A DNA stretch of 64,000 bases from Candidatus Omnitrophica bacterium UBA6249 (GTDB taxonomy: Bacteria; Omnitrophota; Gorgyraeia; Gygaellales; Profunditerraquicolaceae), in the NCBI GenBank assembly GCA_002441305.1, contig DJVT01000014.1, positions 178,791 through 242,790 on the forward strand, read 5' to 3'. Under the pieces are notes generated by a model. That model saw only the letters and a list, made by a program, of their open reading frames with translations. It searched no databases and was not told the DNA's origin. A program made the translations under genes and the position numbers. Shown piece by piece: positions 62,961 to 64,000 of the stretch. Position 1 is the stretch's first letter. Each line of letters begins with the position of its first letter.

Positions 62961-63062
62961 AAATAGTGAATTATGCTTTAATATAAAAATCCGATAAAAT
63001 TAACTTATACCCCGATAGTTTTACAAAACAAACGGGCATGCCCCTCTGGGCAAGGAGAATAA

Positions 63063-63326
63063 ATGCCAAGGCGCAGAACATCATTAAAGAGCAACCGCGT
63101 AAACAAAAGAAAACATACCCGCAACGTCAAGGTCAAAAATCAGCTGAAAAAGACGATCAAGAAGTTCCAGGAATTGCTTGCAAAAAAAGATTCCGCTGAA
63201 GCCAAGGCCTTTATTACCAAGGTATTTTCACAACTTGACAAGGCGGCGAAGAAAAATATCATCCACCCCGGCACGGCTAACCGCAAAAAGTCGCGTCTAA
63301 CGCTGCGCCTGAACAAGTCCGCATAA
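63063..63326 (+). CDS. rpsT: 30S ribosomal protein S20
   Basis: 87 aa, basic, with a helical pattern (KSNRVNKRKHTRNVKVKN...). SD AAGGAG upstream. Confidence 0.9.
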   Translation: MPRRRTSLKSNRVNKRKHTRNVKVKNQLKKTIKKFQELLAKKDSAEAKAFITKVFSQLDKAAKKNIIHPGTANRKKSRLTLRLNKSA

Positions 63327-63947
63327 GGCAACAACCAGTTTCTCCAGAGCAAAAACCGGCTTCAGCTTCCCTGTTTTTATCTCCAAATCGCAGCAAAGAA
63401 GGAGTTTTAATCTGCGCCTGGCTGGCAGGCTCCTGTCCGCCTGTTTTTCCCAGGCATAGCGCAGCCCTCCCAGGATGCGCTCGGGGGCTTCCCCGTTCTT
63501 CAAAAGCTGGTTCAGCAAGCGCAAGGCCTGATCTGCCCTTTTCATCTCGATTTGCCGGTTCAAGGTGAAAGTATCCGGAGTAACGGCTTCCTTGAAGCGG
63601 ATAACTTTAGCAATGCTCGATATATTCCTTACGAAATCTTCCTGGTAGGCATAATGCTCGAATACAAGAATCAGGATCATCCCCTTATCCGGTTTGGCGG
63701 CGTATTGCAGGATAAAATCCCGGCACTCTCCGTCAAGATGATCCGCATCCCTTACCACCAGGATCCTGCGGGGACTGCGCACAGGCATGGCCAACAGTTT
63801 TTCCTGGATATCTTTTAGCGCTGCTTCTTTCGCGTATAATGTGTCGAGGTTGAAATCGCGGGTTTCTTTAGGAAGGAATTCCTGTTTTATTCTGTTAAGT
63901 TGTTCTTCTCTAGCCTGGATATCCTGGCCGGCAAGTAAATAAACCAT
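63297..63947 (-). CDS. holA: DNA polymerase III delta subunit-like protein (short)
   Basis: Start set at MVYLLAGQD. RILVVRDADHL and the C-terminal helical domain fit HolA, but it is only about 216 aa. The ORF stays open to 63998, near the window edge. Its 3' end overlaps rpsT convergently by 30 nt. Confidence 0.5.
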   Translation of the reverse strand: MVYLLAGQDIQAREEQLNRIKQEFLPKETRDFNLDTLYAKEAALKDIQEKLLAMPVRSPRRILVVRDADHLDGECRDFILQYAAKPDKGMILILVFEHYAYQEDFVRNISSIAKVIRFKEAVTPDTFTLNRQIEMKRADQALRLLNQLLKNGEAPERILGGLRYAWEKQADRSLPARRRLKLLLCCDLEIKTGKLKPVFALEKLVVALCGLVQAQR

Positions 63948-64000
63948 ATTACCATTGTTCCACCGTGCGCTCCACAATCCGGCGGGCCAAATCGTCAACC

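Noticed and set aside
1-64000. CRISPR arrays, rRNA operons, transposases, integrases, toxin-antitoxin pairs and prophage genes
   Set aside because: I scanned intergenic regions and ORF products. I found no regularly spaced repeats, no rRNA-like sequence, and no recombinase, transposase or phage structural motifs.

Overview
The 64 kb window is densely packed bacterial chromosome with no rRNA, CRISPR array, transposase or integrase. About 90% of genes lie on the minus strand, and many are linked by ATGA/TGATG stop-start overlaps. Envelope genes (Lnt, LpxL-type acyltransferase, TonB-dependent receptor, CsgG-like lipoprotein, MurJ) point to a diderm. Energy and redox genes (Rnf complex, superoxide reductase, rubredoxin, flavodiiron protein) point to an anaerobe, possibly from an uncultivated lineage; the taxon cannot be assigned from sequence alone.

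Gene content, left to right:
- tRNA-Thr, an MFS transporter and rnfC-G-D-E-A-B.
- Two cold-shock genes with consensus promoters and terminator-like leaders, and tRNA-Phe.
- An NSS transporter, a cNMP / MinD-like / patatin fusion protein and a GH1 glycosidase.
- Housekeeping genes: yqeY, pfkB-type kinase, uppP, rluA, nadA, mnmA.
- A TonB-dependent receptor directly downstream of birA.
- A sulfur-transfer block: AIR-synthase-like, NifS, LarE-like and Nfu.
- An Rrf2-headed oxygen/ROS detoxification string of about 11 genes.
- An exported SOR-like protein with an orphan RnfD-like membrane protein.
- An envelope or amine-modification cluster: EamA pair, FemAB-like GNAT, DegT aminotransferase, hydrolase, ureohydrolase, class-III aminotransferase, HAD.
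- An AmmeMemoRadiSam-type radical SAM enzyme coupled to a PP-loop ATPase.
- bioY, lpxL-like, a PIG-L deacetylase, a CDF transporter, lnt, secA, prfB (+1 frameshift), pilT.
- A GT2 synthase with a PEGA protein, ogt-like, a compact uvrC, murJ, rpsT and holA.

Most interesting leads:
1. A BirA-box palindrome sits on the consensus promoter of the TonB-dependent receptor, making it a candidate outer-membrane biotin importer.
2. The exported SOR-like protein is paired with an orphan RnfD-like membrane protein.
3. The three-domain cNMP / MinD-like / patatin protein.
4. Consensus -10 elements recur 6 nt upstream of SD-less start codons, which suggests leaderless mRNAs.
5. A perfect 29-bp operator overlaps the Rrf2 promoter.
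6. Two genes are missing from the ORF track: a rubredoxin and a 26-aa bTHX-like basic peptide.
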